A DNA stretch of 64,000 bases from assembly GCA_963717585.1 (NCBI GenBank), contig CAVQWI010000004.1:16299-80298 (forward strand), given 5' to 3'. The translations under genes were made by a program, and so were the position numbers. This document shows positions 10,068-19,566 of the stretch, piece after piece. Positions within the stretch are counted from its first letter, which is position 1. Every line of letters begins with the position of its first letter. This stretch comes from an uncultured Actinomycetota bacterium. Its GTDB lineage: Bacteria > Actinomycetota > Actinomycetes > Actinomycetales > Microbacteriaceae. The notes below the pieces were generated by a model. The model had not been told where the DNA came from. It saw only the letters and a list, made by a program, of their open reading frames with translations, and made no database searches.

Positions 10068-11543
10068 TCACTCGGCGAGCGCCTCCACCGGTGCGACGCG
10101 CGTCGCCAGGCGCGTCGGGATGACGGCCGCCACCATCGTCAGAAGCGCCGTCGCAGCGACGATCGCCGCCACGGGCCAGAGCGGCACCGCCGGCCAGACG
10201 AACGTTCCCACCGCGACCGTCGCGGACGGATCCAGCGGGATCGAGCCCAGCAGCGACTGCGCCCCCGCCCAGCCGTAGAGCACGCCGAGCACGAGACCGG
10301 TCGTGGTCGCCGCGATCGTGATGTGGGCGGCCTCGAGCAGCACCATGCGACGGATCTGACGGTTCGATACACCGAGCGCCCGGAGCAGCCCGAGTTCGCG
10401 GCGGCGCTGCACGACGCCGATCGTCAAGAGGTTCACCAGCCCGACTCCGGCGATCACCGCCGAGACGGCGACCAGCCCCATCATGATCGCGGCGAACGAA
10501 TCGAGAGCGGTCGTGAGCTCTACCGGCAGCTCGCCGCCGGCGGCGGCCGTCATCACGGCCTTCACCGACTCCATCGCAACCGCGAACATCGTGACCAGCG
10601 CGACTCCCATCACGACGCCGATCGCCATCCGACTCGACCGCTCGGGATAGCGCAGCGCGTTCTCGGCCGCCAGCCGTGCGGTGGCGGAGCCGCCGAACAG
10701 GCGCCCCACCAGGCGCAGCACCGGCGGCATCACCCAGGCCGCGCCGAGCGCGAGACCGGTGAACGACAGGATGCCGCCCAGGAACGCGATGACCACGCCC
10801 AGCGGACTCACGAGGCCCGCGAGGATCCCCAGGGCGAGCAGCGCCGCACCGACGACCCCGAGCACGAGAGCGGTGATGTTGCGCGCGCTCCGGCGGCCCA
10901 TGGCGCCGTGCGACGATTCGACCGACCCGCCGAGGGCTTCGAGGGGCGTCACGGTCAGCACGCGGCGCGACCCCGCCCACGCCGCGGCCCATGTCGTCAG
11001 AGCCACGATCGTCGCGGGGATGAGCAGCTCGATGCGCACCAGATCGAAGGGCACCTCGCCCGCTGCCAGCATCCGGCCAGCCAGCCACACTCCGCCGGCG
11101 GCGAGCGCCGTGCCGCCTACCAGCCCTCCGAAGGCCCCGATGACTCCGACGATGAGACCTTGTCGCCCGATCTCCGACCGCTGCGAGCGGGCCGATGCCC
11201 CGATGAGCCGCAGCAGCGCGATCCGTCGCGTGCGACCCGCGACGACCGTCGCGAAGGTGTTCGCGGTCACGATCGACGCCACGTACACCGCGACGCCGAG
11301 GAGCAGCACGGTGAGCACTCCGTTGACGAAGCCGAGCACTCCGCTGGCCCCGATGTACGGATCGGCGCTCAGCATCGCGGCGATGTATCCGGTCGCCGAG
11401 ATCAGCAGCACGCCGAACGCGGTCGAGATCGCCGCGACGAGGATGCTGGCTCCCATCCCCCGCTCGCGCAGCCACGCCAGAGGAGCGGAGGCCGAACCCC
11501 GCGCCGGCGGCCCGACCTGCGCATCGATGGCTGCGGCGGTCAT
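10068..11543 (-). CDS. FtsX-like ABC exporter permease
   Basis: Two FtsX motifs, RTRRIALLRLIGAS and RRRELGLLRALGVS; many TM segments. Confidence 0.9.
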   Translation of the reverse strand: MTAAAIDAQVGPPARGSASAPLAWLRERGMGASILVAAISTAFGVLLISATGYIAAMLSADPYIGASGVLGFVNGVLTVLLLGVAVYVASIVTANTFATVVAGRTRRIALLRLIGASARSQRSEIGRQGLIVGVIGAFGGLVGGTALAAGGVWLAGRMLAAGEVPFDLVRIELLIPATIVALTTWAAAWAGSRRVLTVTPLEALGGSVESSHGAMGRRSARNITALVLGVVGAALLALGILAGLVSPLGVVIAFLGGILSFTGLALGAAWVMPPVLRLVGRLFGGSATARLAAENALRYPERSSRMAIGVVMGVALVTMFAVAMESVKAVMTAAAGGELPVELTTALDSFAAIMMGLVAVSAVIAGVGLVNLLTIGVVQRRRELGLLRALGVSNRQIRRMVLLEAAHITIAATTTGLVLGVLYGWAGAQSLLGSIPLDPSATVAVGTFVWPAVPLWPVAAIVAATALLTMVAAVIPTRLATRVAPVEALAE

Positions 11544-12328
11544 GCGGGCACTCCCGCAGACAGCGGGGCGGCCCCCAGCTCGGACGCGAGCATGTACGCG
11601 GACACGTCCTTTGCGCTCTGCCGGGGCTTGTCGGCGACGACCCTTCCGTCGCCGAGGAAGATCACCCGGTCGGCGTGGCTGGCGGCGATCGGGTCGTGCG
11701 TCACCATCGCGATCGACTGGCCGTGGTCGCGACTGGCGGCGGCGAGGAGGCCGAGCACCTCGCGGCCGCTCCGCGAGTCGAGGTTGCCGGTCGGCTCGTC
11801 GGCGAAGACGAGGTCGGGCGCGGTCGCCAGTGCGCGGGCGATCGCGACGCGCTGCTGCTGCCCTCCGCTGAGCTGGTGCGGACGGTGCCGCAGGCGGGGT
11901 CCGAGCCCCAGCGTCTCGACGAGCCCGTCGATGCGGGCTCGCTCCAGGGCGCTCGGCCGGCGACCGTCGAGGTCGAACGGCAGCAGGATGTTCCCGATCG
12001 CGTCGAGCGTGGGCACGAGGTTGAACGACTGGAACACGAACCCGACGCGTCTGCGGCGGAGGATCGTCAGCTCCAGGTCGGACAGCGTCGTGATGTCGGT
12101 GTCGCCGATCCACGCACGGCCGGAGGATGCGGCATCCAGCCCGGCCATGATGTGCATCAGCGTCGACTTGCCCGACCCGGACGGCCCCATGATCGCGGTG
12201 AACTGCCCGCGGCGGATGCCGACGCTCACGCCGTCGAGCGCATGCACCGCGCTCTCGCCGCTGCCGTAGGTCTTCGTGAGGTTCTGCACGCGGGCGGCCA
12301 GGCCGAGATCCCTCGATGTGATGTTCAT
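11540..12328 (-). CDS. ABC transporter ATP-binding protein (LolD/MacB type)
   Basis: GPSGSGKS, LSGGQQQRVAIARAL, DEPTGNLD; 4-bp overlap with the permease. Confidence 0.95.
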   Translation of the reverse strand: MNITSRDLGLAARVQNLTKTYGSGESAVHALDGVSVGIRRGQFTAIMGPSGSGKSTLMHIMAGLDAASSGRAWIGDTDITTLSDLELTILRRRRVGFVFQSFNLVPTLDAIGNILLPFDLDGRRPSALERARIDGLVETLGLGPRLRHRPHQLSGGQQQRVAIARALATAPDLVFADEPTGNLDSRSGREVLGLLAAASRDHGQSIAMVTHDPIAASHADRVIFLGDGRVVADKPRQSAKDVSAYMLASELGAAPLSAGVPA

Positions 12329-12413
12329 GCTCCGACGCTACGAAGTGCGCGGTCGGGGGCGCGTCGGCCGCAAGGGGCATGCCCGTACATCCCGCGGATG
12401 ATCCTCGCAGGAG

Positions 12414-13454
12414 TCAGGCGCGAGGGGCGTAGGCCTGGAGCGCCCGCGGGACGATCCGGCACCCGAGGGTGTATCGGCCGTCATCGCCGACCGCCGGCCG
12501 CCGATCGAGCTCTCCGTCGTGGGCGTAGAACGTCGCCTCCCCCGTGCGCGGGCGTACCGAGACGGTGATCTCGGTGGCGGTGATCTGCTCGATGTCGGAT
12601 GCGGGCGGAAGCAGCCTCAGCGCGCGCAGCACCGCGCGCGTTCCCCGCCCGAAGGACAGCGCCGCGACGGCCTGGACCCGGGACCCTCGCGCGTGCAGGA
12701 CGCGGACGTCGAGGACGTCGTCGGAGAGCGTGCGACGCTGCATCGTGGCTACCTGACCGGGGGTGTTCCGCCCGACGCTCGCGAACACCGACCACACCCG
12801 CGCATGCCTCCCCTTGATGTAGACGTCGAGCGGCTCGGCGTCGCGCAGCTGGCGCCAGGTGGCGACGACCCCGCCCACCCATTTGCCCAGGCGCGGGCGG
12901 CGCCGAGCGCGTTCGGCGACGAAATCGGGGTAGATGCCGATCGAGGCGACGTTCAGAACCGTCGCTGTCCGACCGCCGGCAGTCAGTTCGCCGACGGTCG
13001 CAGCGATTCCCGAACCGGCCTGCAGCGCGTCGATCGCCAGGTCGACCGTGTCGATTCCCGCCGCCCGTGCGAAGTGGTTGAACGTGCCTCCGGGGAGCGT
13101 CAGCAGCGGCAGGCCGAATTCGAGCGCCTCGTGCGCCATCCGCGCGATCGACCCGTCGCCGCCGTACACGCCGAGCATGCGAGGCGGGTCGGCGCCGTCC
13201 ATCGCCTCGCGCACCGCGTCGCCGATCAGCTCGTCGGGCTCGAGCTCACGGACCACGGCCCGCGGCAGCCGCTCCGCGATCGTCGGCCGCGGGTCGGCCC
13301 GCAGCACCGCGGTGCCCGCATCCTTGTTCATCACGATGAGCAGGCCGAGGCCGTCCTCCGAGGCAGGAAGGTCGATGCGCTCGACGACCTGGCGCACGCC
13401 GTCGTCGCGGTCGTCCGCCGGAGCGGCGGCGGGGGACGAACCGGTGGCGCGCAT
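12414..13454 (-). CDS. Diacylglycerol kinase family protein
   Basis: GGDGS, LPGGTFNHFA, HDGE; leaderless -10 TAGCCT 7 nt before ATG at 13454. Confidence 0.85.
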   Translation of the reverse strand: MRATGSSPAAAPADDRDDGVRQVVERIDLPASEDGLGLLIVMNKDAGTAVLRADPRPTIAERLPRAVVRELEPDELIGDAVREAMDGADPPRMLGVYGGDGSIARMAHEALEFGLPLLTLPGGTFNHFARAAGIDTVDLAIDALQAGSGIAATVGELTAGGRTATVLNVASIGIYPDFVAERARRRPRLGKWVGGVVATWRQLRDAEPLDVYIKGRHARVWSVFASVGRNTPGQVATMQRRTLSDDVLDVRVLHARGSRVQAVAALSFGRGTRAVLRALRLLPPASDIEQITATEITVSVRPRTGEATFYAHDGELDRRPAVGDDGRYTLGCRIVPRALQAYAPRA

Positions 13455-13473
13455 AGTGCTGAGGCTACTTGGC

Positions 13474-14112
13474 TCAGTCGTGCGCCGAGACCTCCGCACC
13501 CGCGGCCCGGTGCGGTGCCCCGTCGATGGCTCGGAGGCGGCCGCCGACGACAAGCCGACCGATCACCGCGACCCCGATGCCGATCGCGACGCCTCCGACC
13601 ACGTCGGAGAGCCAGTGCGCACCGACGTGCAGCCGGGAATAGGCCACGGCCGCGGCAAGCGGGGCGATGACCGACCCCGCGGGAACCGATTCGAGGGCGA
13701 CCCCGGTGGCGAATCCCGCGGCGCTGGCCGAATGACCGGACGGAAACGAAGGAGTCGATGGGTAGGCCCGCAGCCGGCGAATCGTCGGGACTTCGGAGAA
13801 GACCGGGCGCCGACCGTCGAAGAACCGCTTGACGACGATGTCCGACAGCGTGCTGGAGACGAGCATGGTGGCCAGGCCCCGGACGGCCGCCCGGCGCTGA
13901 CCGATCGCGAACAGAGCCGTCGCGATCGCGTACCAGAGAAGACCCCGGTCGGCGGAGTGGCTGAGGCGGCTGTACGCACGGTCGTGGACGTGCCATGAGC
14001 GCGATGCGTTGATACGCCGATTGGCGGCGCGATCGACGCGGCGGACCCAGCGCGGCAGGAACCGCGCACGGCGATACGCCGAGACCGGATGCCGCAGGGT
14101 GGGCAGGCGCAT
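13474..14112 (-). CDS. PAP2 family phosphatase
   Basis: K..F...RP, SFPSGHS, SRLHVGAHWLSDV. Confidence 0.9.
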   Translation of the reverse strand: MRLPTLRHPVSAYRRARFLPRWVRRVDRAANRRINASRSWHVHDRAYSRLSHSADRGLLWYAIATALFAIGQRRAAVRGLATMLVSSTLSDIVVKRFFDGRRPVFSEVPTIRRLRAYPSTPSFPSGHSASAAGFATGVALESVPAGSVIAPLAAAVAYSRLHVGAHWLSDVVGGVAIGIGVAVIGRLVVGGRLRAIDGAPHRAAGAEVSAHD

Positions 14113-14229
14113 ACACCGAGGGTAGCGCGCGCGGCGCCCGCGCAGAGTCGTCGCGGGCACCGGCATCCGCTCTTCCGTCCACCCGCATCGCGGGTCTATC
14201 GTCGCGATGAGCCTGAGCGAGGAGACCCG

Positions 14230-14916
14230 ATGCCCGCCACTGCAATGCCGCCGACCGGCGACGCCCCTGCCCCCAAGACCTGCGACGCCAGCGGGATGAT
14301 CGAGATACACCGGATGTTCCGGCACGCGTTCGGCGAGGCTCCGGCGCTCGTGCGCGGAGTGAGCACGGGCGATGTGGCCCACGCCGAGGTCGTCGCCACA
14401 CAGCTGAACACGGTCTCGCTCGGCCTGCACGCGCACCACCAGGGCGAGGACGAGCGGCTCTGGAGCGCACTCGACGAGCGGGCTCCGTCATGTGCGACGC
14501 ACGTGGAGCGCATGCAGGCCCAGCATGCCGAGATGCTCGTGCACCTGACCGCCCTCGATGAGGCGCTGCCCGCCTGGCGTGCGACGGCCTCGGCGGCGGA
14601 TGCCGAGCCGGTCCTCGCCGCCCTCGAAGGCGTGAACGCAGCGCTGGGCGTGCACCTGCCCGACGAGGAGGAGAACATCGTCCCGGTGATGGAGTACACG
14701 ATCACGCAGCAGGAGGTGGATTGGTACGCCGAGCACGGCCGGCGATCCGTGCCGAAGGGGCAGACCTGGAACCAGCTCGGTGAGATCCTCGCTTCGCAGC
14801 CCGACGGCGGGGCCGAATGGCTCAAGAAGCACATGCCGGCACCGGGCCGTCTGGCCTGGCGGCTGATCGGCAAGCCGAAGTACCTCAAGCACCGGGCGGC
14901 GCTCGAGGGACGCTGA
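14230..14916 (+). CDS. Hemerythrin domain protein
   Basis: H, HHQGED, H and HLPDEE iron-ligand pattern; GGAGA RBS. Confidence 0.85.
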   Translation: MPATAMPPTGDAPAPKTCDASGMIEIHRMFRHAFGEAPALVRGVSTGDVAHAEVVATQLNTVSLGLHAHHQGEDERLWSALDERAPSCATHVERMQAQHAEMLVHLTALDEALPAWRATASAADAEPVLAALEGVNAALGVHLPDEEENIVPVMEYTITQQEVDWYAEHGRRSVPKGQTWNQLGEILASQPDGGAEWLKKHMPAPGRLAWRLIGKPKYLKHRAALEGR

Positions 14917-14960
14917 CGTCTCCGGTCGTCGACCCGGGCTGTGGTGCCTGGCGGAGCGCG

Positions 14961-15611
14961 TCAGGTCAGGCCGTGCTCGAAGGCGAACACGACCAGCTGC
15001 ACGCGGTCGCGCAGCGCCAGTTTGGTGAGGATTCGGCTGATATGCGTCTTCACGGTGGCCTCCGAGAGGAACTCGCGGCCGGCGATCTCGGAGTTTGAGA
15101 GCCCTCGGGCGGCGAGCGCGAAGATCTCGCGCTCGCGCTCGGTCAGATCGCCGTAAGCCGCAGGAACCGGCCTCGGAGCGGAATCCGCGAACTGCGCGAA
15201 GAGCTCTCGGGTGGCGGATGCGGCGATCACCGCGGAGCCGGAGTGCACCGTGCGGATCGCAGCGAGCAGGAACTCCGGGTCGGCGTCCTTCAGGAGGAAC
15301 CCGCTCGCTCCCTGGCGGATCGCGCGTGCGGCGGCCTCATCGAGGTCGAAGGTCGTGAGCATCACCACGCGCGGCGGCTCAGCATCGGTCAGCAGAGCGG
15401 CCGTGGCCTCGAGTCCGTCCATGACCGGCATCCGGATGTCCATGAGCACGACATCGGGTCGCGCGGCGCGGATCACAGCGAGCGCTTCCCGTCCGTCGGA
15501 GGCCTCACCCACGATCTCCAGGTCGGGCTGCGAGTCGATCAGCATGCGGATGCCGGCGCGGAACAGGCCCTGATCGTCGACGAGGACGACGCGGATCGGC
15601 ACAGCGGTCAT
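14961..15611 (-). CDS. NarL/LuxR family response regulator
   Basis: VDDQ, MDIRMP, LTTFD and HTH LTERE...TVKTH. Confidence 0.95.
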   Translation of the reverse strand: MTAVPIRVVLVDDQGLFRAGIRMLIDSQPDLEIVGEASDGREALAVIRAARPDVVLMDIRMPVMDGLEATAALLTDAEPPRVVMLTTFDLDEAAARAIRQGASGFLLKDADPEFLLAAIRTVHSGSAVIAASATRELFAQFADSAPRPVPAAYGDLTEREREIFALAARGLSNSEIAGREFLSEATVKTHISRILTKLALRDRVQLVVFAFEHGLT

Positions 15612-16822
15612 CCGATGCCGCCGATCGGCAACGTCGCCGACACGACGAACTCCCCGTCCTGGCCGGCGGCGTTCAACCGACCTCCGACGAGGCCGGCACG
15701 CTCGCCCATCCCGATGAGCCCGTGCCCCGATTCGATGGGTCGGTCGCCGGTTCTCATGCGGTTGCGCACCTCCAGCGCGACCTGGTCGGGCTGCCACGCC
15801 AGCCGCACCGTGACCGGGCCGCCGTTGCCGTGGCGCAGGGCATTGGTGAGCGCCTCCTGGAGGATGCGGTACACCGCGAGCTGCACAGCCGGGGGCGGTG
15901 CGCCCGCGGGAGCGGGATCGACGTCGACGCGCAGCTCGACACCGGCGGCGCGCACCTGCCCGTAGAGCTCCTCGAGGTCGGCCAGAGTGGGCTGCGGCCC
16001 GTCGGTCTGGCTGTGCCGGAGCTGTGTCAGCAGCAGCCGCACGTCCGCGAGCGCCTCCCGGGCCGTGGTCGAGATCGTCCCGAGTGCCGTGGAGGCCTCG
16101 TCCTCTGCGCCGGCGGCGGCCTGCTCCCCGGTGCCCCGGCCGGCGGCCAGCGCGTACCGCGCCCCGTCAGCCTGGGCGATCACGACCGCGAGCGAGTGCG
16201 CCACGACATCGTGCATGTCTCGGGCGATCCTCACCCGCTCCTGCTCTGCCGCGGCTTCGGCCTCGGCGAGCACCTGCGCGTCACGGTTGGCACGAGCGCG
16301 CACACCGGTGCGCACCAGAGCGCCGACCGTCCAGGCGAGCAGCAGCGCGAACGCCGCGGCGATGAGGATCGCGACCGCGACCGGCAGCGTGCGGATCGAG
16401 AACCCGCCCGTCGCGAAGGTCGGGCCGAGGAACAGGTAGGCCGTGATGACCAGCGCTCCGGCCAGCGCAGACGCGAAGCCCGCCCAGTACACCCGCGCGG
16501 TTCCGTAGGCCGCGGTGACGTACAGCACCCCGAAGATCGCGAGGTCGGCCACGGTCGGCGGGCGACCGAGCGACATCTGGAGCACGGCTCCCGCCCAGGC
16601 GAGGATGAGCGCGAGCGGCGGCGACCAGCGGCGGATGCCGAGCGCCGTGCTGAAGATCACCGCGATCGTCACGCCCGCGACCGCGGTCGCCGGAGCTCCC
16701 AGGATCGTGATCGCTCGCCCGGTCTCGCCGACCATCAGCTCGACGGGCACCGCCACCGCGAAGAAGACGACCGCCACGACCAGGTCGACGACGACCTGGA
16801 AGCGCTGAAGCGGGCGGAACAC
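15608..16822 (-). CDS. Sensor histidine kinase (HisKA_3)
   Basis: ERVRIARDMHDVVAHSL, QEALTNALRH, GHGLIGM; N-terminal TM helices. Confidence 0.95.
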   Translation of the reverse strand: MFRPLQRFQVVVDLVVAVVFFAVAVPVELMVGETGRAITILGAPATAVAGVTIAVIFSTALGIRRWSPPLALILAWAGAVLQMSLGRPPTVADLAIFGVLYVTAAYGTARVYWAGFASALAGALVITAYLFLGPTFATGGFSIRTLPVAVAILIAAAFALLLAWTVGALVRTGVRARANRDAQVLAEAEAAAEQERVRIARDMHDVVAHSLAVVIAQADGARYALAAGRGTGEQAAAGAEDEASTALGTISTTAREALADVRLLLTQLRHSQTDGPQPTLADLEELYGQVRAAGVELRVDVDPAPAGAPPPAVQLAVYRILQEALTNALRHGNGGPVTVRLAWQPDQVALEVRNRMRTGDRPIESGHGLIGMGERAGLVGGRLNAAGQDGEFVVSATLPIGGIG

Positions 16823-16848
16823 GGGTTCACGCTACGTGAGTACGGATG

Positions 16849-16941
16849 CTGCGGCATCCGTCCCGCGATGTACGGGTGCCGTCCTGCGGCATCCGTCCGC
16901 GATGTACGCGTGCGGTGCTGCGGCATCCGTCCACGATGTAT
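16849..16941. repeat. Three tandem imperfect copies (about 35-bp period) of TGCGGCATCCGTCC(C)RCGATGTA in the kinase promoter
   Basis: Copies begin at about 16850, 16885 and 16919. Confidence 0.85.
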
Positions 16942-17121
16942 CCCGCCCACCCCCTTGCCGTTGATCACCCCCAGGCTTTACCGTTCCGACACAGGCTGAA
17001 ATCGACGGGAAACGTCCGCGGACCAAGATCGAACAGCGGGGGGAGACCCCACCGGCACCCGAAACCGGTCCCCGTCGGCGACAGCGCGAAGAGGTTGAGT
17101 CGAAGACGGATGGAGACCGGC

Positions 17122-17970
17122 ATGACGACGGTACGCGCGGCAATCACCCAGACCACGTGGACGGGCGACAAAGCCTCGATGCTCGACAAGCACGAGCAGT
17201 TCGCGAGGGATGCCGCGGCGCAGGGCGCACAGGTGATCTGCTTCCAGGAGCTGTTCTACGGACCGTACTTCGGCATCACCGAAGACAAGAAGTACTACCG
17301 CTACGCAGAGCCGGCCGACGGGCCGATCGTGCAGCGATTCGCCGCCCTGGCCGCCGAGCTCAACATGGTCATGATCCTCCCGATCTACGAGGAGGACATC
17401 ACCGGCGTGTACTACAACACGGCCGTCATCATCGAGGCCGACGGCACGATCCTCGGCAAGTACCGGAAGCACCACCTGCCGCACCTCGACCGGTTCTACG
17501 AGAAGTTCTACTTCCGGCCGGGAAACCTCGGCTACCCGGTGTTCGACACCTCCGTCGGCAAGGTCGGCCTGTACATCTGCTACGACCGGCACTTCCCGGA
17601 GGGCTGGCGCGAGCTCGGCCTGAACGGCGCGCACATGGTCTTCAACCCCAACGCCACGAAGCCGGGTCTGTCGAACCGGCTGTGGGAGGTTGAGGGACCG
17701 TGCGCTGCGGTCGCGAACGGGTACTTCGTGCTCCAGCCGAACCGGGTCGGGCGGGAAGACAATGAGTACGGCGAGCTGGCGGTCGACTTCTACGGCACGA
17801 GCCAGGTCATCGACCCGCGCGGCAACTTCGTCGGCGAGCGCGGCTCGGGCACCGACGAAGAGGTCCTCATCCGTGATCTCGACATGAACATGGTCCAGGA
17901 GATGCGCGACGACTGGCAGTTCTATCGGGACCGCCGGCCCGACTCCTACACGCTGATCGCGAAGCCGTGA
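17122..17970 (+). CDS. Nitrilase-family carbon-nitrogen hydrolase (probable beta-ureidopropionase)
   Basis: E-K-C triad: FQELF, KYRKHH, ICYDRHFPE; adjacent to dihydropyrimidinase. Confidence 0.9.
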   Translation: MTTVRAAITQTTWTGDKASMLDKHEQFARDAAAQGAQVICFQELFYGPYFGITEDKKYYRYAEPADGPIVQRFAALAAELNMVMILPIYEEDITGVYYNTAVIIEADGTILGKYRKHHLPHLDRFYEKFYFRPGNLGYPVFDTSVGKVGLYICYDRHFPEGWRELGLNGAHMVFNPNATKPGLSNRLWEVEGPCAAVANGYFVLQPNRVGREDNEYGELAVDFYGTSQVIDPRGNFVGERGSGTDEEVLIRDLDMNMVQEMRDDWQFYRDRRPDSYTLIAKP

Positions 17971-18019
17971 TCTCGACGCGCGCTTCGCGCCACTCGATCC
18001 CCGACAGCTAGGAAAGCGG

Positions 18020-19456
18020 ATGGCAACCACACTCATCACCGGCGGGACGGTCGTCTCGGCGACCGGGCGTTCGCAGGCCGACGTCCTCATCGACGGCGAG
18101 ACCATTGCCGCGGTGCTGGCTCCCGGGTCGCAGATCCTCGGCACGGATGTCGCGGCATCCGTCGACACCGTCCTCGATGCGACGGGGAAGTACGTGATCC
18201 CCGGCGGGATCGACGCCCACACCCACATGGAGCTGCCCTTCGGCGGCACGGCCGCGATCGACACCTTCGAGACCGGCACCCGGGCGGCCGCCTGGGGCGG
18301 GACGACCAGCATCATCGACTTCGCGGTGCAGCGATACGGCGAGCGCGTGCAGGACGGCCTCGCCGCGTGGCACGAGAAGGCCGCGGGCAACTGCGCGATC
18401 GACTACGGCTTCCACCAGATCATCGGCGGCGTCGATCAGGACGCGCTGGCGGCGATGCCGGGGCTGATCGACGAGGGCGTGACGAGCTTCAAGCTCTTCA
18501 TGGCCTACCCCGGCGTCTTCTACTCCGACGACGCCCAGGTGCTGCGGGCGATGCAGGTCTCACGCGACACCGGCCTCCTCACGATGATGCACGCGGAGAA
18601 CGGCCCGGTCATCGACGTCCTCGCCGCCCAGCTCGTCGACGAGGGCAAGACCGATCCGTACTTCCACGGGATCGCACGCGCGTGGCAGATGGAGGAGGAG
18701 GCGACCCATCGCGCGATCATGATCGCGAACCTGACCGGCGCCCCGCTCTACGTCGTGCACGTGAGCGCCAAGCAGGCGGTGGAGCAGCTGGCGGCCGCAC
18801 GCGATAAGGGCCAGAACGTGTTCGGCGAGACATGCCCGCAGTACCTGTACCTCTCGCTCGAGGAGCAGCTCGGCGCGTCGAGCGAAGAGTGGGGATCCTT
18901 CGAAGGCGCCAAGTGGGTCTGCTCGACTCCGCTGCGGTCGCGGGCCGAAGGCCACCAGGATCACATGTGGCAGGCGCTTCGCACCAACGACCTGCAGATG
19001 GTCTCCACCGACCACTGCCCCTTCTGCATGAAGGACCAGAAGGAGCTCGGAATCGGCGACTTCCGTGCCATCCCCAACGGCATCGGGTCGATCGAGCACC
19101 GCATGGACCTCATGTACCAAGGCGTCGTCACCGGCAAGATCACCCTGGAGCGCTGGGTCGAGCTGACCTCGACCACCCCCGCCCGCATGTTCGGCCTCTA
19201 CGGGCGCAAGGGCGTCATCCAGCCGGGCGCTGACGGCGACATCGTCGTCTACGACCCGAACGGCCACACCTCGATCGGCCTCGGCAAGGCGCACCACATG
19301 AACATGGACCACTCGGCCTGGGAGGGCTTCGAGATCGACGGGCACGTCGACACGGTGCTCTCGCGCGGGAAGGTGATCGTGGACGGCGGCGATTACACCG
19401 GCCGGAAGGGCGACGGTCGCTACCTCAAGCGCGGCCTGACCCAGTACCTGACATGA
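18020..19456 (+). CDS. hydA: Dihydropyrimidinase
   Basis: PGGIDAHTHM, SFKLFMAY, HAENG, TDHCPF. Confidence 0.95.
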   Translation: MATTLITGGTVVSATGRSQADVLIDGETIAAVLAPGSQILGTDVAASVDTVLDATGKYVIPGGIDAHTHMELPFGGTAAIDTFETGTRAAAWGGTTSIIDFAVQRYGERVQDGLAAWHEKAAGNCAIDYGFHQIIGGVDQDALAAMPGLIDEGVTSFKLFMAYPGVFYSDDAQVLRAMQVSRDTGLLTMMHAENGPVIDVLAAQLVDEGKTDPYFHGIARAWQMEEEATHRAIMIANLTGAPLYVVHVSAKQAVEQLAAARDKGQNVFGETCPQYLYLSLEEQLGASSEEWGSFEGAKWVCSTPLRSRAEGHQDHMWQALRTNDLQMVSTDHCPFCMKDQKELGIGDFRAIPNGIGSIEHRMDLMYQGVVTGKITLERWVELTSTTPARMFGLYGRKGVIQPGADGDIVVYDPNGHTSIGLGKAHHMNMDHSAWEGFEIDGHVDTVLSRGKVIVDGGDYTGRKGDGRYLKRGLTQYLT

Positions 19457-19469
19457 ATCCAATCCTCCG

Positions 19470-19520
19470 TGTCCCACTTCTTGTTGCCTGCGCTCTGCTC
19501 AGACAACAGGAAGTGGGACA
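19470..19520. repeat. Long imperfect intra-operon hairpin
   Basis: TGTCCCACTTCTTGTTG...CAACAGGAAGTGGGACA. Confidence 0.7.
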
Positions 19521-19566
19521 TGGTTCCGACTGAGTGGGCACGACTTGACCGATTGGATCGATTGAC

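Noticed and set aside
12414-14112. Frameshifted PAP2-DAGK fusion
   Set aside because: PAP2 has its own stop and the DAGK has a leaderless -10 and ATG at 13454, so two genes is the simpler reading, although fusions exist elsewhere
16849-16941. Possible mini CRISPR array
   Set aside because: Only three degenerate units with about 10-nt similar spacers, and no cas genes
16960-17121. Riboswitch in the pyrimidine operon leader
   Set aside because: Small hairpins are present but I recognised no known aptamer consensus; an Rfam search would be needed
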